Below, piece after piece: positions 17,669 to 28,655 of a stretch of 64,000 bases of DNA (position 1 is its first letter; the number at the start of each line of letters is the position of its first letter). Source of the DNA: Rikenellaceae bacterium (GTDB lineage: Bacteria; Bacteroidota; Bacteroidia; Bacteroidales; Rikenellaceae); contig JBCQUV010000002.1 of NCBI GenBank assembly GCA_047173765.1, forward strand, positions 10,898-74,897, given 5' to 3'. Both the position numbers and the translations under genes were made by a program. Under the pieces are notes generated by a model, which was not told the origin of the DNA, did not search any database, and worked only from the letters and a program-made list of their open reading frames with translations.

Positions 17669-19501
17669 CTACTCTAAAGATTGCATCTCGACAAGCTTAG
17701 CATATATACCTCCCTTGGCTATGAGCTCTGTGTGAGTTCCGCTTTCGGCCACTATACCTTTATCTATAACTAATATTCTATCAGCGTTTTGGATTGTGCT
17801 GAGTCTGTGTGCCACCACCACAGAGGTGCGCCCTTTGAGGAGTTTGAGCAGGGCATCTTGCACTAGCTTTTCAGACTCTGTGTCTAGAGCCGATGTCGCC
17901 TCGTCGAGTATGAGAATTGCAGGGTTCTTGAGCACCGCACGAGCTATGCTTAGGCGTTGTCGCTGACCGCCCGAAAGTTTCATGCCCCTGTCTCCAATAT
18001 TGGTGTCGTAGCCACTCTCGCACTCCATAATAAAGTTGTGTGCATTGGCAACCTTTGCTGCCGCCACTAACTCTTCGTCGGTGGCATCTCTGCGTGCAAG
18101 GCGTAGGTTTGCGCCAATGGAGTCATTGAACAAGATAGTATCTTGCGCCACAATACCCATTTGAGCGCGGAGGCTCTCCTGTTTGTAATCCTTTATGGAT
18201 ACGCCATCTATGAGGATATCGCCCGATGTGACATCCCAAAAACGTGGGACAAGCTCGCTAAGGGTAGATTTTCCACCACCCGACGAACCCACCAACGCCA
18301 CGGTCTCACCCTTGCGAATAGCGAAATTCACACCTTTGATAATCTCACGTGACTCATCATAGCGGAAACGAACATCCCTAAATTCGATTTTGTCGTGGAA
18401 GGTGTCGAAATCTATGGCATCAACCTTATCGACCACTTCGCTCTTCTCTTCGAGGAGTTCGAGCACACGCTCTCCTGCGGCAATACCTTGGTTGATATTC
18501 GAAAATTGGTCGATTATAGAGCGTAGAGGTCTTGTGATTTGCGAGAATATGGCGATAAAAGCCATAAATGCAGCTGCGCTAAGCTCCCCAGCCGCCACAA
18601 GTGCGCCTCCAAAGACTATGATTATACCGATTGCTGCCACGCCCATAGTCTCACTCGCTGGTGAGGCTAGTTGCTGACTGCGTGCAATGGTGAGTGTAGT
18701 ATCTGCCACAGTGCGGTTGGCATCGTGATACTTATCTTTCATATACTCAGTGGCATTGTACCCCTTTATAATCTTAATTCCCGAAATGCTCTCATCCAAC
18801 ATGCCCACCATCCTGGCATTAATCTCTTGTACCTTGCGAGCTGGATGACGCAATTTTTTCACTATGCTGCCAATGACAAAAGCTACCAGGGGTAGAAACA
18901 GAATCGAGAAAATCGAGAGTTGCCACGATATTGTAATCATAGCAAACACATATCCCAAAATCAGAAATGGCTCACGGATAGCAACTTGCAGGGTATTGGT
19001 AATGCACATTTGCACCACCGTGACATCCGACGAAATCTTCGCTATAATATCTCCTTTGCGTTGGCTACCCAAGTATCCAACATTCATATCCATAATGTGG
19101 TCGAACATCTGGTTACGCATGCGCTCCAATGTGCGTTTGCGCATATCCTCCACAGTCATAGAGCACATATACCTAAACAAGTTACTCAACAGCGTCATCA
19201 TAAATGTGATGACAGCCAATAGAATCAACATGTTTTGCATCAGAAAGTTACTGCCAAAGAAAAGTGTGTAGAAGTAGTTTATCGCAGCGTTGTAACACTC
19301 GGCATTAAGAGCAATTTGCGGAAATTCATAGAGCGGCGAAAACTCAAACCCATCCAAGAACATGGTCTTGAGAATTGGGATAATCATCGCATAGTTGAAG
19401 GTGTTGAATATAGCGTATAATACCGCACATATAAAATAAGGTGCGATATATTTGCCCAAAGGACGTGCAAATCCTAGTAATCTAAGGTATATTTTAAACA
19501 T
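17669..19501 (-). CDS. ABC exporter, fused permease/ATPase (MsbA-like)
   Basis: TM domain, GSSGGGKST, LSGGQRQR, ILILDEATSALD, AHRLST. Confidence 0.92.
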   Translation of the reverse strand: MFKIYLRLLGFARPLGKYIAPYFICAVLYAIFNTFNYAMIIPILKTMFLDGFEFSPLYEFPQIALNAECYNAAINYFYTLFFGSNFLMQNMLILLAVITFMMTLLSNLFRYMCSMTVEDMRKRTLERMRNQMFDHIMDMNVGYLGSQRKGDIIAKISSDVTVVQMCITNTLQVAIREPFLILGYVFAMITISWQLSIFSILFLPLVAFVIGSIVKKLRHPARKVQEINARMVGMLDESISGIKIIKGYNATEYMKDKYHDANRTVADTTLTIARSQQLASPASETMGVAAIGIIIVFGGALVAAGELSAAAFMAFIAIFSQITRPLRSIIDQFSNINQGIAAGERVLELLEEKSEVVDKVDAIDFDTFHDKIEFRDVRFRYDESREIIKGVNFAIRKGETVALVGSSGGGKSTLSELVPRFWDVTSGDILIDGVSIKDYKQESLRAQMGIVAQDTILFNDSIGANLRLARRDATDEELVAAAKVANAHNFIMECESGYDTNIGDRGMKLSGGQRQRLSIARAVLKNPAILILDEATSALDTESEKLVQDALLKLLKGRTSVVVAHRLSTIQNADRILVIDKGIVAESGTHTELIAKGGIYAKLVEMQSLE

Positions 19502-19515
19502 CTATTATCTTCTAT

Positions 19516-19977
19516 TTATTCGGGGTTATAACCTACATCTTCCAAATGCGCCATGCGTGCATTTGCTGCCGCCACCGCTAGTTCATCGCAGCGGTTATTT
19601 TCGACATTGGAGGCGTGACCCTTGACCCACACAAATCGTACATTGTGACGACGATATATTTTCAAAAATCGCTGCCACAAGTCGGGGTTCTTTTTATCTT
19701 TGTACCCCTTCTTCTCCCATCCAAATACCCATCGTTTCTCCACTGCATCTACCACATATTTGGAATCAGAGTAGATTGTGACATCCGACCCCTCGAACTT
19801 CAGCGTCTCCAGACCCACGCACACAGCCATTAGCTCCATGCGATTGTTGGTCGTAAGCCGAAACCCTTGGGAGAGCTCCTTGCGGTAGACTCCCGATAGC
19901 AGCACCACACCATAGCCTCCAGCTCCAGGATTGCCCAGAGCGGAGCCATCGGTGTAGATTGTTATAGGTTGCGCCAT
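19516..19977 (-). CDS. rnhA: Ribonuclease HI
   Basis: [39 protein letters not shown]. Confidence 0.97.
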   Translation of the reverse strand: MAQPITIYTDGSALGNPGAGGYGVVLLSGVYRKELSQGFRLTTNNRMELMAVCVGLETLKFEGSDVTIYSDSKYVVDAVEKRWVFGWEKKGYKDKKNPDLWQRFLKIYRRHNVRFVWVKGHASNVENNRCDELAVAAANARMAHLEDVGYNPE

Positions 19978-22601
19978 TACTGAAGTGCTGCGAGTTGCTC
20001 CTTGATTGCGGCAATCTTCGCCTCGGCATCAGCTTGTTTAGCACGCTCGTTATCCACAACTTTTTGGGGTGCAGAGCCTACGAATCTCTCGTTCGAGAGC
20101 TTTTTCATGACGCTTGTGAGGAATCCTTCCTGGTATTTCAAATCTTCGGTGAGCTTCTTAATCTCTGCCTCCTTGTCGATTTTGTCGCCTAGGGGCACGA
20201 AGTATTGAGTTGTCTTAACTATGAATCCTGCTGCCGTAGCATCCTTTTCAGTTACCATATCTATTGATGACAAATTCGCCATTTTGGCAATCACTGGAGC
20301 ATACTCCTTAGGGAAGTTTGCATCCTCTATGACGTTGAGTGCAAGTGCCTCACGTACAGGCATATTCTTTGATTTGCGGATATTGCGGATTTGCGAAATC
20401 ACCTCCTGAGCCAACTCAAAGCGGCTCAACAAACTCTCGTTCACCTCACCTGCCTTAGGCATTAGGTTCACCATGATTGAGTCGCCGTTACGCTCCTCTA
20501 TGACCTGCCAAATCTCTTCGGTGAGGAATGGCATAAATGGGTGCAACACACGCATTAGCTTGTCGAAGTATGACTTGGTAGTGGCAAGCGTAGCAGCATC
20601 AATTGGGCATTGGTAAGCGGGCTTCACCATCTCTAAGTACCATCCGCTGAAGTCGTCCCAGAACAAGCGATATGCAACCATCAACGCCTCAGAAATTCTG
20701 TAACCCTCGAAGTCGCTCTCGATTTGAGCCAACGCTTGGTTGAACTTTGTGTCGAACCACTCGATTGCGAGTTTGTTGTTTTCGGACTGCTCCAAAGCCT
20801 CGTCTACCTCCCAGCCATTGATTAGGCGGTAGGCGTTGAAGACCTTGTTACCGAAGTTACGACCCTGCTCACAAAGAGCATTGTCGAACATAAGGTCGTT
20901 ACCTGCCGATGAACACAACATCATCGCAACACGCACACCATCAGCACCATACTCCGCAATCAAATCCAATGGGTCGGGTGAGTTACCCAACTGCTTAGAC
21001 ATTTTGCGACCTATCTTATCACGCACAATACCCGTGAAATATACATTTCTGAATGGCATCTCGCCTCTATACTCATAACCCGACATAATCATACGAGCCA
21101 CCCAGAAAAAGATAATATCGGGGCCCGTTACGAGGTCGTTCGTTGGGTAGTAGTAGTTAATCTCCTCAGAATCAGGGTTGCGGATTCCATCAAATACCGA
21201 AATTGGCCACAACCACGACGAGAACCATGTGTCGAGCACATCCTCATCTTGGCGCAAATCCCCAATAGTAAGCGACTCATCTCCACTCTTAGCACGAGCT
21301 TTAGCGACCGCCTCCTCGGCAGTGAGTGCCACCACGAAACCACCCTTAGGCAGATAGTATGCTGGGATTCGCTGACCCCACCACAATTGACGAGAGATAC
21401 ACCAATCCTTGATATTCTCCATCCAGTGGCGATATGTGTTTTTGTATTTCGCAGGCACAAATTTGATTACATCCTCCATTACCGCCTCGGTCGCAGGCTT
21501 AGCAATATCTGCCATAGACATAAACCACTGCATAGACAACTTCGGCTCTATGGCAACTCCCGTGCGCTCCGAATAACCCACATTGTTGGTGTATGGCTCG
21601 ACCTTCTCCATCAAATCCGCAGCGGTCAAATCCACCTCGATTTGTTTGCGGCACTCGAAACGATCTACGCCCACATACATTCCAACTTTGTCGTTGATTG
21701 CGCCATTATCCTCGAATATGTCGATAACCTCCAAGCCAAACTTCTCGCCCAACATATAGTCATTCACATCGTGGGCAGGGGTCACCTTCAATGCTCCCGT
21801 TCCGAACTCGATGTCTACATATTCATCATATATAATTGGAATCTCACGACCAACGAGTGGTACAATAACCTTCGCTCCCTCGCTGAGCCATTTGTAACGC
21901 TCATCGTTAGGGTTTATACACAATGCCGTGTCACCAAGGATTGTCTCTGGGCGAGTGGTAGCTACAATGATATTTTTGTCCGACCCCACAACTTTGTATC
22001 TGAGGTAGTAGAGCTTGCCTTGTGACTCCTTGTATACAACCTCCTCATCCGAAAGAGCTGTTTTAGCCGAAGGGTCCCAGTTCACCATGCGTACTCCACG
22101 ATAAATCTTACCCTTCTCGTATAGGTCGCAGAATACACGTAGTACACTTTCGGTGCGAGCCTCATCCATAGTGAAACATGTGCGCTCCCAGTCACACGAT
22201 GCACCGAGTGTGCGCAACTGCTTGAGGATTACACCTCCATACTCCTCTTTCCACTCCCAAGCGTGGCGTAGGAACTCCTCTCTGGTGAGTGAGTTTTTGT
22301 CTATACCCTCGGCTTTGAGCTTAGCCACAACCTTAGCCTCTGTGGCAATGGATGCGTGGTCGGTACCTGGCACCCAACAAGCATTCTTGCCCATCATGCG
22401 TGCACGACGCACTAGGACATCTTGGAGTGTATTGTTGAGCATGTGCCCCATGTGCAACATACCTGTAACGTTTGGTGGTGGAATTACGATAGTGTATGGC
22501 TCACGCTCATCAGGCGTAGAGTGAAAAAGATTTTTCTCGATCCAGAAGTCATACCATTTAGACTCCAGCTGTGAGGGTGAATATTTATCTGCGATTTGCA
22601 T
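19977..22601 (-). CDS. valS: Valine--tRNA ligase
   Basis: [30 protein letters not shown]-terminal coiled coil. Confidence 0.98.
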   Translation of the reverse strand: MQIADKYSPSQLESKWYDFWIEKNLFHSTPDEREPYTIVIPPPNVTGMLHMGHMLNNTLQDVLVRRARMMGKNACWVPGTDHASIATEAKVVAKLKAEGIDKNSLTREEFLRHAWEWKEEYGGVILKQLRTLGASCDWERTCFTMDEARTESVLRVFCDLYEKGKIYRGVRMVNWDPSAKTALSDEEVVYKESQGKLYYLRYKVVGSDKNIIVATTRPETILGDTALCINPNDERYKWLSEGAKVIVPLVGREIPIIYDEYVDIEFGTGALKVTPAHDVNDYMLGEKFGLEVIDIFEDNGAINDKVGMYVGVDRFECRKQIEVDLTAADLMEKVEPYTNNVGYSERTGVAIEPKLSMQWFMSMADIAKPATEAVMEDVIKFVPAKYKNTYRHWMENIKDWCISRQLWWGQRIPAYYLPKGGFVVALTAEEAVAKARAKSGDESLTIGDLRQDEDVLDTWFSSWLWPISVFDGIRNPDSEEINYYYPTNDLVTGPDIIFFWVARMIMSGYEYRGEMPFRNVYFTGIVRDKIGRKMSKQLGNSPDPLDLIAEYGADGVRVAMMLCSSAGNDLMFDNALCEQGRNFGNKVFNAYRLINGWEVDEALEQSENNKLAIEWFDTKFNQALAQIESDFEGYRISEALMVAYRLFWDDFSGWYLEMVKPAYQCPIDAATLATTKSYFDKLMRVLHPFMPFLTEEIWQVIEERNGDSIMVNLMPKAGEVNESLLSRFELAQEVISQIRNIRKSKNMPVREALALNVIEDANFPKEYAPVIAKMANLSSIDMVTEKDATAAGFIVKTTQYFVPLGDKIDKEAEIKKLTEDLKYQEGFLTSVMKKLSNERFVGSAPQKVVDNERAKQADAEAKIAAIKEQLAALQ

Positions 22602-22797
22602 TATGTGTATAAATTAAAATTACATATTAAGAGTGCAAAGTTAAAAAACAATGACGAAAAGACAATAAACTATCGGCAAATTATAGCTTATACCCTCCAC
22701 ATTTTTAATATTTTATGAATAATTATAGGAAATTTAACGATTTTTGAATGAAAAAACGTATCTTTGCCCAATTATAAAAGTATAACTAACACAAGTA

Positions 22798-23991
22798 ATG
22801 CCTACTATATCACAACGTGCTGAGCAGATGCCAGCATCCCCAATCCGCAAACTTGGGCCCCTAGCCGATGCAGCAAAAACTCGTGGCGTGAAGGTCTACC
22901 ACCTCAACATAGGTCAGCCCGACCTTAATAGCCCCGAGGTAGGTTTGGAGGCTCTCAAACATATCGACCGCAAGGTTTTGGAATATTCACCAAGTGATGG
23001 CTTTTTGTCACTACGCAAAAAGCTAGTGGAGTACTATGCACAATACCAAATCAAGCTTACCCCCGACGAGGTGATTATCACCACTGGAGGTTCGGAGGCT
23101 GTGTTGTTTGCGTTTATGTCGTGCCTAAACCCTGGCGACGAAATTATCGTTCCCGAGCCAGCTTACGCCAACTACATGGCGTTCGCAATCTCGGCAGGTG
23201 CTGTAATTCGCCCCGTGGTATCGACTATCGAGAATGGTTTTGCATTACCTAGCATCAAAGCATTCGAAGAACAGATTAATGAGCGCACACGAGGAATCCT
23301 AATTTGCAACCCCAACAATCCAACGGGATATCTATACACTCGCAAGGAGATGGATCAAATCCGTGACTTGGTCAAAAAGTACGATTTGTTTCTCTTTTCG
23401 GATGAGGTGTATCGTGAATTCATATACACGGGCTCTCCCTACATATCGGCTTGCCATTTGGAAGGTATAGAGAAAAATGTTGTGCTTATCGACTCCGTAT
23501 CAAAGCGTTACTCGGAGTGTGGAATCCGCATTGGAGCACTCATAACCAAGAACGAGCCACTGCGCAATGCGGTGATGAAGTTCTGTCAAGCGAGACTCTC
23601 CCCTCCACTCATAGGTCAAATTGTGGCGGAGGCATCGATTGATGCCCCTAGGGATTACAAGATTGATTGCTACGACGAGTATATCGAGCGCAGAAAGTGC
23701 TTAGTGGATGGACTAAACCACATCCCTGGAGTATACTCACCAATCCCAATGGGTGCATTCTACACCGTGGCAAGGTTGCCTGTGGAGGATAGCGACGAGT
23801 TTTGCCAATGGTGTTTGTCGGATTTCGATTACGAAGGCGAGACGATAATGTTGGCTCCAGCGTCAGGTTTTTACTCAGATTCTTCGCACGGACGCAATGA
23901 AGTACGTATTGCGTACGTTCTCAATAAGGAGGATCTGCAACGTGCACTATTTATTCTGGGCAAAGCACTTGAGGCTTATAATGCAAGATAA
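22798..23991 (+). CDS. PLP-dependent aminotransferase class I/II
   Basis: LNIGQPD, CNPNNPTG, SDEVYREF, DSVSKRYSECGIRIG. Confidence 0.93.
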   Translation: MPTISQRAEQMPASPIRKLGPLADAAKTRGVKVYHLNIGQPDLNSPEVGLEALKHIDRKVLEYSPSDGFLSLRKKLVEYYAQYQIKLTPDEVIITTGGSEAVLFAFMSCLNPGDEIIVPEPAYANYMAFAISAGAVIRPVVSTIENGFALPSIKAFEEQINERTRGILICNPNNPTGYLYTRKEMDQIRDLVKKYDLFLFSDEVYREFIYTGSPYISACHLEGIEKNVVLIDSVSKRYSECGIRIGALITKNEPLRNAVMKFCQARLSPPLIGQIVAEASIDAPRDYKIDCYDEYIERRKCLVDGLNHIPGVYSPIPMGAFYTVARLPVEDSDEFCQWCLSDFDYEGETIMLAPASGFYSDSSHGRNEVRIAYVLNKEDLQRALFILGKALEAYNAR

Positions 23992-24068
23992 CTTCACCAA
24001 AAAGAGCTTGATAATTTGTGAGTTCAACTATTTATATTTAATTTTGCAGCCGTAATATCACCATTCGC

Positions 24069-24905
24069 ATGAATCAGAGAGCATTAAACATATTTTTCAC
24101 ACTCCTCACAGGAGTTCTTTTGGGAGCATGTGCAACCCAAAATAAACTTAGTGCCGAGGATCCCGAAGTGGTATACAAACAGGGATTGGTGCTCTACGAA
24201 GCGGAGAAGTGGAACAAAGCGTCTCGGCATTTCGAGAATATAATGGGTGAATATATCGGTGCACCATGCGAGGACTCTATAATATTCTTCAACGCAAGGT
24301 GCAAATTTAAGGATACGGATTACAACGCCGCAAGCACATACTTCGAAGCGTATAGGCGACAATTTAGCCGCAGCCCATTTTTGGAGGATGCCGAGGGCAT
24401 GTTGATTTTGTGCTACTACTACTCATCACCTCCGCCAGATAGAGACCCTACGAATGTGCACAAAACAATAAGTAGCATAGATGAATTTATGTCTCGATAC
24501 CCCAAGAGCGACAAGATTGATGACTTTAAGGAGATAAGAGCAGAGCTCGTGCAGCGACTTCACGATAGGTCGTACCTCAATGCCTACACGTACTACAAAA
24601 TCGGCAAGTATAAATCGGCAATCGTGGCGTTCAAAAATTCGCTGAAGGAGTACCCCGAGAGTACCAATCGCGAAAAGATTATGTACTACATGATTTTGTC
24701 GGGCTATGAGCTCGCTCGCAACTCTATAGAGTCTCTGCAAGTAGATAGATACCTGTCATTGGTGGATATGTACTACACATTTATTGCGGAGTTCCCCTCG
24801 TCGGAGTGGCGCAAAGATGTGGACGCAATAAACGAAAAAGCAAAAGCATTCCTCGAAAAGAGCAACACTCAGCAGCAAGAGGAGGATGGCAAAATAATTA
24901 TTTAA
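24069..24905 (+). CDS. bamD: Outer membrane protein assembly factor BamD
   Basis: Lipobox LGA-C, TPR repeats, YYYSSP..DRDP; conserved bamD-rpoZ-coaBC order. Confidence 0.88.
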   Translation: MNQRALNIFFTLLTGVLLGACATQNKLSAEDPEVVYKQGLVLYEAEKWNKASRHFENIMGEYIGAPCEDSIIFFNARCKFKDTDYNAASTYFEAYRRQFSRSPFLEDAEGMLILCYYYSSPPPDRDPTNVHKTISSIDEFMSRYPKSDKIDDFKEIRAELVQRLHDRSYLNAYTYYKIGKYKSAIVAFKNSLKEYPESTNREKIMYYMILSGYELARNSIESLQVDRYLSLVDMYYTFIAEFPSSEWRKDVDAINEKAKAFLEKSNTQQQEEDGKIII

Positions 24906-24928
24906 GTAACAACATTTTTTGATATATA

Positions 24929-25237
24929 ATGGAAATTAAGAAGAACACACCTAACAACACCGTAACTCGTCAGTTGGTGGATTTGGATCACGAGACTGGT
25001 AACATCTACAAGTCTCTCAACATCATTTCACGCCGTGCAAACCAAATCTCTACGGAGCTTAAGACAGAGCTTACACGCAAGTTGGCAGATTTCTCGTCGC
25101 TAACCGACACTATGGAGGAGACATTCGAGAACCATGAGCAGATCGAAATTTCTCGCTACTATGAGCGTTTGCCAAAGCCTGTGTTGATTGCAACGGAGGA
25201 GTTCCTTGGTGATGAGGTATATTACAAAGAGAAGTAG
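24929..25237 (+). CDS. rpoZ: RNA polymerase omega subunit (Bacteroidota type)
   Basis: TGNIY.S..IISRRANQI and ENHEQIEISRYYERLPKP motifs. Confidence 0.9.
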   Translation: MEIKKNTPNNTVTRQLVDLDHETGNIYKSLNIISRRANQISTELKTELTRKLADFSSLTDTMEETFENHEQIEISRYYERLPKPVLIATEEFLGDEVYYKEK

Positions 25238-25244
25238 TAATCAT

Positions 25245-25368
25245 CGAACTTTGCAAAGCGGCGAAATTTCGAAGATACCTTAGCGAGCTACTCGGTCACG
25301 TACTTAAAGTACGCTCCCTCGCATCTCACTAAGCCATCTTCAAAATTTCATCCACTTATCAAAGTTCG
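25245..25368 (-). repeat. Family D (RPE-like) element, copy 3, divergent
   Basis: Rod CGAACTTTG...CAAAGTTCG with central TCACGTAC-ttaaa-GTACGCT. Confidence 0.7.
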
Positions 25369-25538
25369 GGTTGCGGTGGATTTTTTGATTCGGGAAGCGA
25401 TGTAAATTGCAGCTTAAAAACCACTCTTTTTGTAACAATATATAAGGTGTGACGTTGGGGGATTTTTCACTAACGTCACCTTTTGCGTATATTATATAAG
25501 TGGTATAATATAGGTGCTATGGATATGTAGCCTAGCAA

Positions 25539-25738
25539 GGTTGCCCTCGGAGGGTGGGCAAAAAACGCAAGTTTTTTGTTGATTTTTATATTACTTTTTA
25601 GGTCAGGGAGTTCACTCACTGAGATAAAAAGTAATATAAAAATTTAAAATCTTAGACCTAAGATTTTAACCCACCCCTCCGCAACTAAAAACCGCCCGTG
25701 CGGCTCGCACCGCCCGCCGGCGTGAGGCAGTCCAGACA
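25539..25738 (+). repeat. ~195-bp multi-branched structured repeat, family C, copy III
   Basis: Same architecture and 3' module GCCCGTGCGGCTCGCACCGCCCGCCGGCGTGAGGCAGTCC as the other copies. Confidence 0.85.
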
Positions 25739-25753
25739 TTAAAACAATAAAAT

Positions 25754-26929
25754 ATGAATATTTTACTATGCATAACAGGCAGTATAGCTGCCTACAAAGC
25801 GGCCTCACTCTGTAGACTGTTCAAAGTTGCGGGGCACGATGTGAAATGTATTATGACCCCTTTGGCAAAGCAGTTCATCACGCCGCTCACTATGGCAACC
25901 CTCTCCAAAAACCCTATCTTGGTGGAGTTCTTCAACCCCGAAAATGGAGAGTGGAATTCGCATGTGAGCCTAGGTGAGTGGGCGGACTACATGGTCGTAG
26001 CCCCTGCCACGGCCAACACTATGGCAAAAATGGCGTATGGCGTGGCAGATAATCTGCTGCTCACAACCTACCTGTCGGCTAGGTGCGAAGTCGTAGTTGC
26101 CCCAGCCATGGATTTGGATATGTACGCTCACGCCACTACGCAGCAAAATATCGAAACACTAAGGAGTCGTGGAGTACACATTGTGGAGCCTGCATCGGGC
26201 GAGCTAGCAAGTGGACTCGTGGGCAAGGGCAGAATGTCGGAGCCTGAGGAGATTTTTAAATTCGTGGAGTCGCTATCTCAAAAAAAAAAGAGCCTCGAGG
26301 GTAAGCACTTTGTAGTGACCGCAGGCGCGACAATCGAACCCATAGACCCAGTGAGATATATCACGAACCACTCCACAGGCAAAATGGGATACGCCATAGC
26401 AGAATCGTTGGCGCAACGTGGCGCAGAGGTTACGTTGGTTAGTGGACGCACCTCACTCGCAACGCCACGTGGAGTAAAACGAGTAGATGTACTCTCTGCA
26501 GAGGATATGTATCACGCTGCGGTCGAGGTGTTTAACGATGCTGATGGTGGCGTTATGTGCGCCGCAGTCGCAGACTACACCCCCAAGGAGGTGGCAGATA
26601 AAAAGCTCAAAAAGGGGGATGATGACCTGCACATAGAGCTCAAGCGCACACGTGACATAGCAGCAACATTGGGGGCAGCAAAGGGCTCGAAAATATTGGT
26701 AGGCTTCGCCCTCGAAACCAACGACGAGCAAGCCAACGCCGAGGGTAAACTCACACGCAAAGGATTTGATTTCGTGGTGCTTAACTCCCTTAGAGATAAG
26801 GGTGCAGGATTTGGAGGTGACACCAATAAAGTGACCTTCGTTAGCGCACAAACAAATGAGGAGCTGCCGCTGATGTCTAAGCGTGAGGTGGCGGAAAAAA
26901 TAGCAGATAAAATCGAAACACTACTATAA
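25754..26929 (+). CDS. coaBC: Bifunctional phosphopantothenoylcysteine decarboxylase/synthetase
   Basis: TGSIAAYK, APATAN, APAM, G.GRM, IDPVRYITNHSTGKMG, VGFALET. Confidence 0.97.
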   Translation: MNILLCITGSIAAYKAASLCRLFKVAGHDVKCIMTPLAKQFITPLTMATLSKNPILVEFFNPENGEWNSHVSLGEWADYMVVAPATANTMAKMAYGVADNLLLTTYLSARCEVVVAPAMDLDMYAHATTQQNIETLRSRGVHIVEPASGELASGLVGKGRMSEPEEIFKFVESLSQKKKSLEGKHFVVTAGATIEPIDPVRYITNHSTGKMGYAIAESLAQRGAEVTLVSGRTSLATPRGVKRVDVLSAEDMYHAAVEVFNDADGGVMCAAVADYTPKEVADKKLKKGDDDLHIELKRTRDIAATLGAAKGSKILVGFALETNDEQANAEGKLTRKGFDFVVLNSLRDKGAGFGGDTNKVTFVSAQTNEELPLMSKREVAEKIADKIETLL

Positions 26930-28569
26930 TGTTACAGAGCATAACGGTTGATAATTACGCACTTATAGAGCACTTGGAGATGGGGCTAGATTCTGAGCTC
27001 AATATCATCACGGGCGAAACTGGAGCAGGAAAATCTATACTCCTAGGGGCTTTGGGATTGTTGCTAGGCAACAAAAACGATGGCTCCGCAATCAAGGATA
27101 ACGCCAAGAGTTGCGTTATCGAGGGTCTGTTCGACATATCGACACTGGGTCTGAAACCTATGTTCGAGGAGCAGGATTGGGATTGGGAGGAGACAATCTC
27201 CGTAAGGCGCATAATATCTCCGTCGGGTAAGAGCAGAGCATTTATAGGCGATATACCCGTTACGCTTGCTGACCTCAAAAGTCTGGGTGTCAAGTTGATA
27301 GATATACACTCGCAGCATCAAAATTTAGTGCTTAACTCCGAGTCGTTCCGCATAGATGCCCTCGATTTGGTGGCTCAAAACACAGAGCTCCTTGCTCAAT
27401 ATAGTGACCGTTATTCTACCCTCACAAAACTTCGTGCGGAGCTTAGCGCAGCGGAGCAAACTGCCGCACAAATATCACGAGATGAGGAGTGGCTGAGATT
27501 CCAAGTCGAGGAGTTGGTGGGTGCAAAACTCATAGAGGGAGAGAGCGAAGATATTGAGGCAGAGCTGCTTGTGCTCGAAAATGCCGACCGCATAAGCGAA
27601 GTTCTCAACGCCCTACGCACACGCCTCGATAGCGAAGAGGTGGGTGCTTTGGTGCAACTCAAAACATCTCAAAACGAATTGTCGGCAATAGCCAAAAAGT
27701 ATCAAGCGGCAGGGGAATATGCCGCACGCTTAGATAGTATTGTTGCCGAACTAAAAGATATAAATAGTTCTGTATCATCTGATTGCGAGCGCATAGAGTG
27801 CAATCCCGAGCGTCTCCAAAAACTCAGCGACCGACTCGGTGTAATATACTCTTTGTGTCAAAAACATAGAGCTGCCAACCTTGCGGAGCTTATCGCCACA
27901 CGAGATGAGTACATAGCCAAGCTAGCCAAGATAAATGGCAGCGACGAGGAGATTCAAGCCCTGCGTGCCCAGATTGCCGAGTGCGAAGCTGGAGCATTCA
28001 AAGTAGCGATAGAGTTGGAATCGAGGCGCAAAGTTGCAGCCAAGGAGCTAAGCACAAATATATGCCGCACACTCTCGATGTTGGGGATGGGTGAGGCGAC
28101 AATCAATATAGCCGTGGAACGCCGCACGGCTCTATCCGTGTCGGGGGTAAATAGTGTCGATTTCTTGTTTTCGTCCAACAAAGCCTTCACTCCGCAACCA
28201 ATAGATAGGGTCGCTTCGGGCGGTGAGCTGTCACGTGTGATGCTGTCGCTTAAAGCTCTGCTAGCCAAGCATAAGCAGTTGCCAACGATAATATTTGATG
28301 AGATAGATACGGGTGTGTCGGGTCAAATAGCCGATGCCATGGGCGAGATAATTTCGGAGTTGTCGGAGTCGTTGCAGGTGGTAGATATAACTCACCTTCC
28401 ACAAGTTGCCGCCAAGGGCAATACGCACTTTGTGGTCTACAAATCCGAAGGTCGCACAAACATAAAACTCCTAGACCCCACGGAGCGAGTAAACCAAATC
28501 GCAACAATGATTTCGGGTGCAACAATCAGCAGTGCTGCACTGGAACAAGCCAGAATATTGCTAGGCTAA
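26929..28569 (+). CDS. recN: DNA repair protein RecN
   Basis: ITGETGAGKS, DIHSQH, ASGGELSR, IFDEIDTGVSG, ITHLPQVAA. Confidence 0.97.
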   Translation: MLQSITVDNYALIEHLEMGLDSELNIITGETGAGKSILLGALGLLLGNKNDGSAIKDNAKSCVIEGLFDISTLGLKPMFEEQDWDWEETISVRRIISPSGKSRAFIGDIPVTLADLKSLGVKLIDIHSQHQNLVLNSESFRIDALDLVAQNTELLAQYSDRYSTLTKLRAELSAAEQTAAQISRDEEWLRFQVEELVGAKLIEGESEDIEAELLVLENADRISEVLNALRTRLDSEEVGALVQLKTSQNELSAIAKKYQAAGEYAARLDSIVAELKDINSSVSSDCERIECNPERLQKLSDRLGVIYSLCQKHRAANLAELIATRDEYIAKLAKINGSDEEIQALRAQIAECEAGAFKVAIELESRRKVAAKELSTNICRTLSMLGMGEATINIAVERRTALSVSGVNSVDFLFSSNKAFTPQPIDRVASGGELSRVMLSLKALLAKHKQLPTIIFDEIDTGVSGQIADAMGEIISELSESLQVVDITHLPQVAAKGNTHFVVYKSEGRTNIKLLDPTERVNQIATMISGATISSAALEQARILLG

Positions 28570-28580
28570 AAATAATGGAT

Positions 28581-28639
28581 ATAAAAAGATATGTCCCCGA
28601 GAAGTTAGATAAAAACTTTTCGGGGACATGTCTTTTTAT
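28581..28639. terminator. Bidirectional terminator between convergent recN and pfkA
   Basis: ATAAAAAGATATGTCCCCGA...TCGGGGACATGTCTTTTTAT inverted repeat with A and T runs. Confidence 0.8.
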
Positions 28640-28655
28640 TATTTTCTAACTCTCG

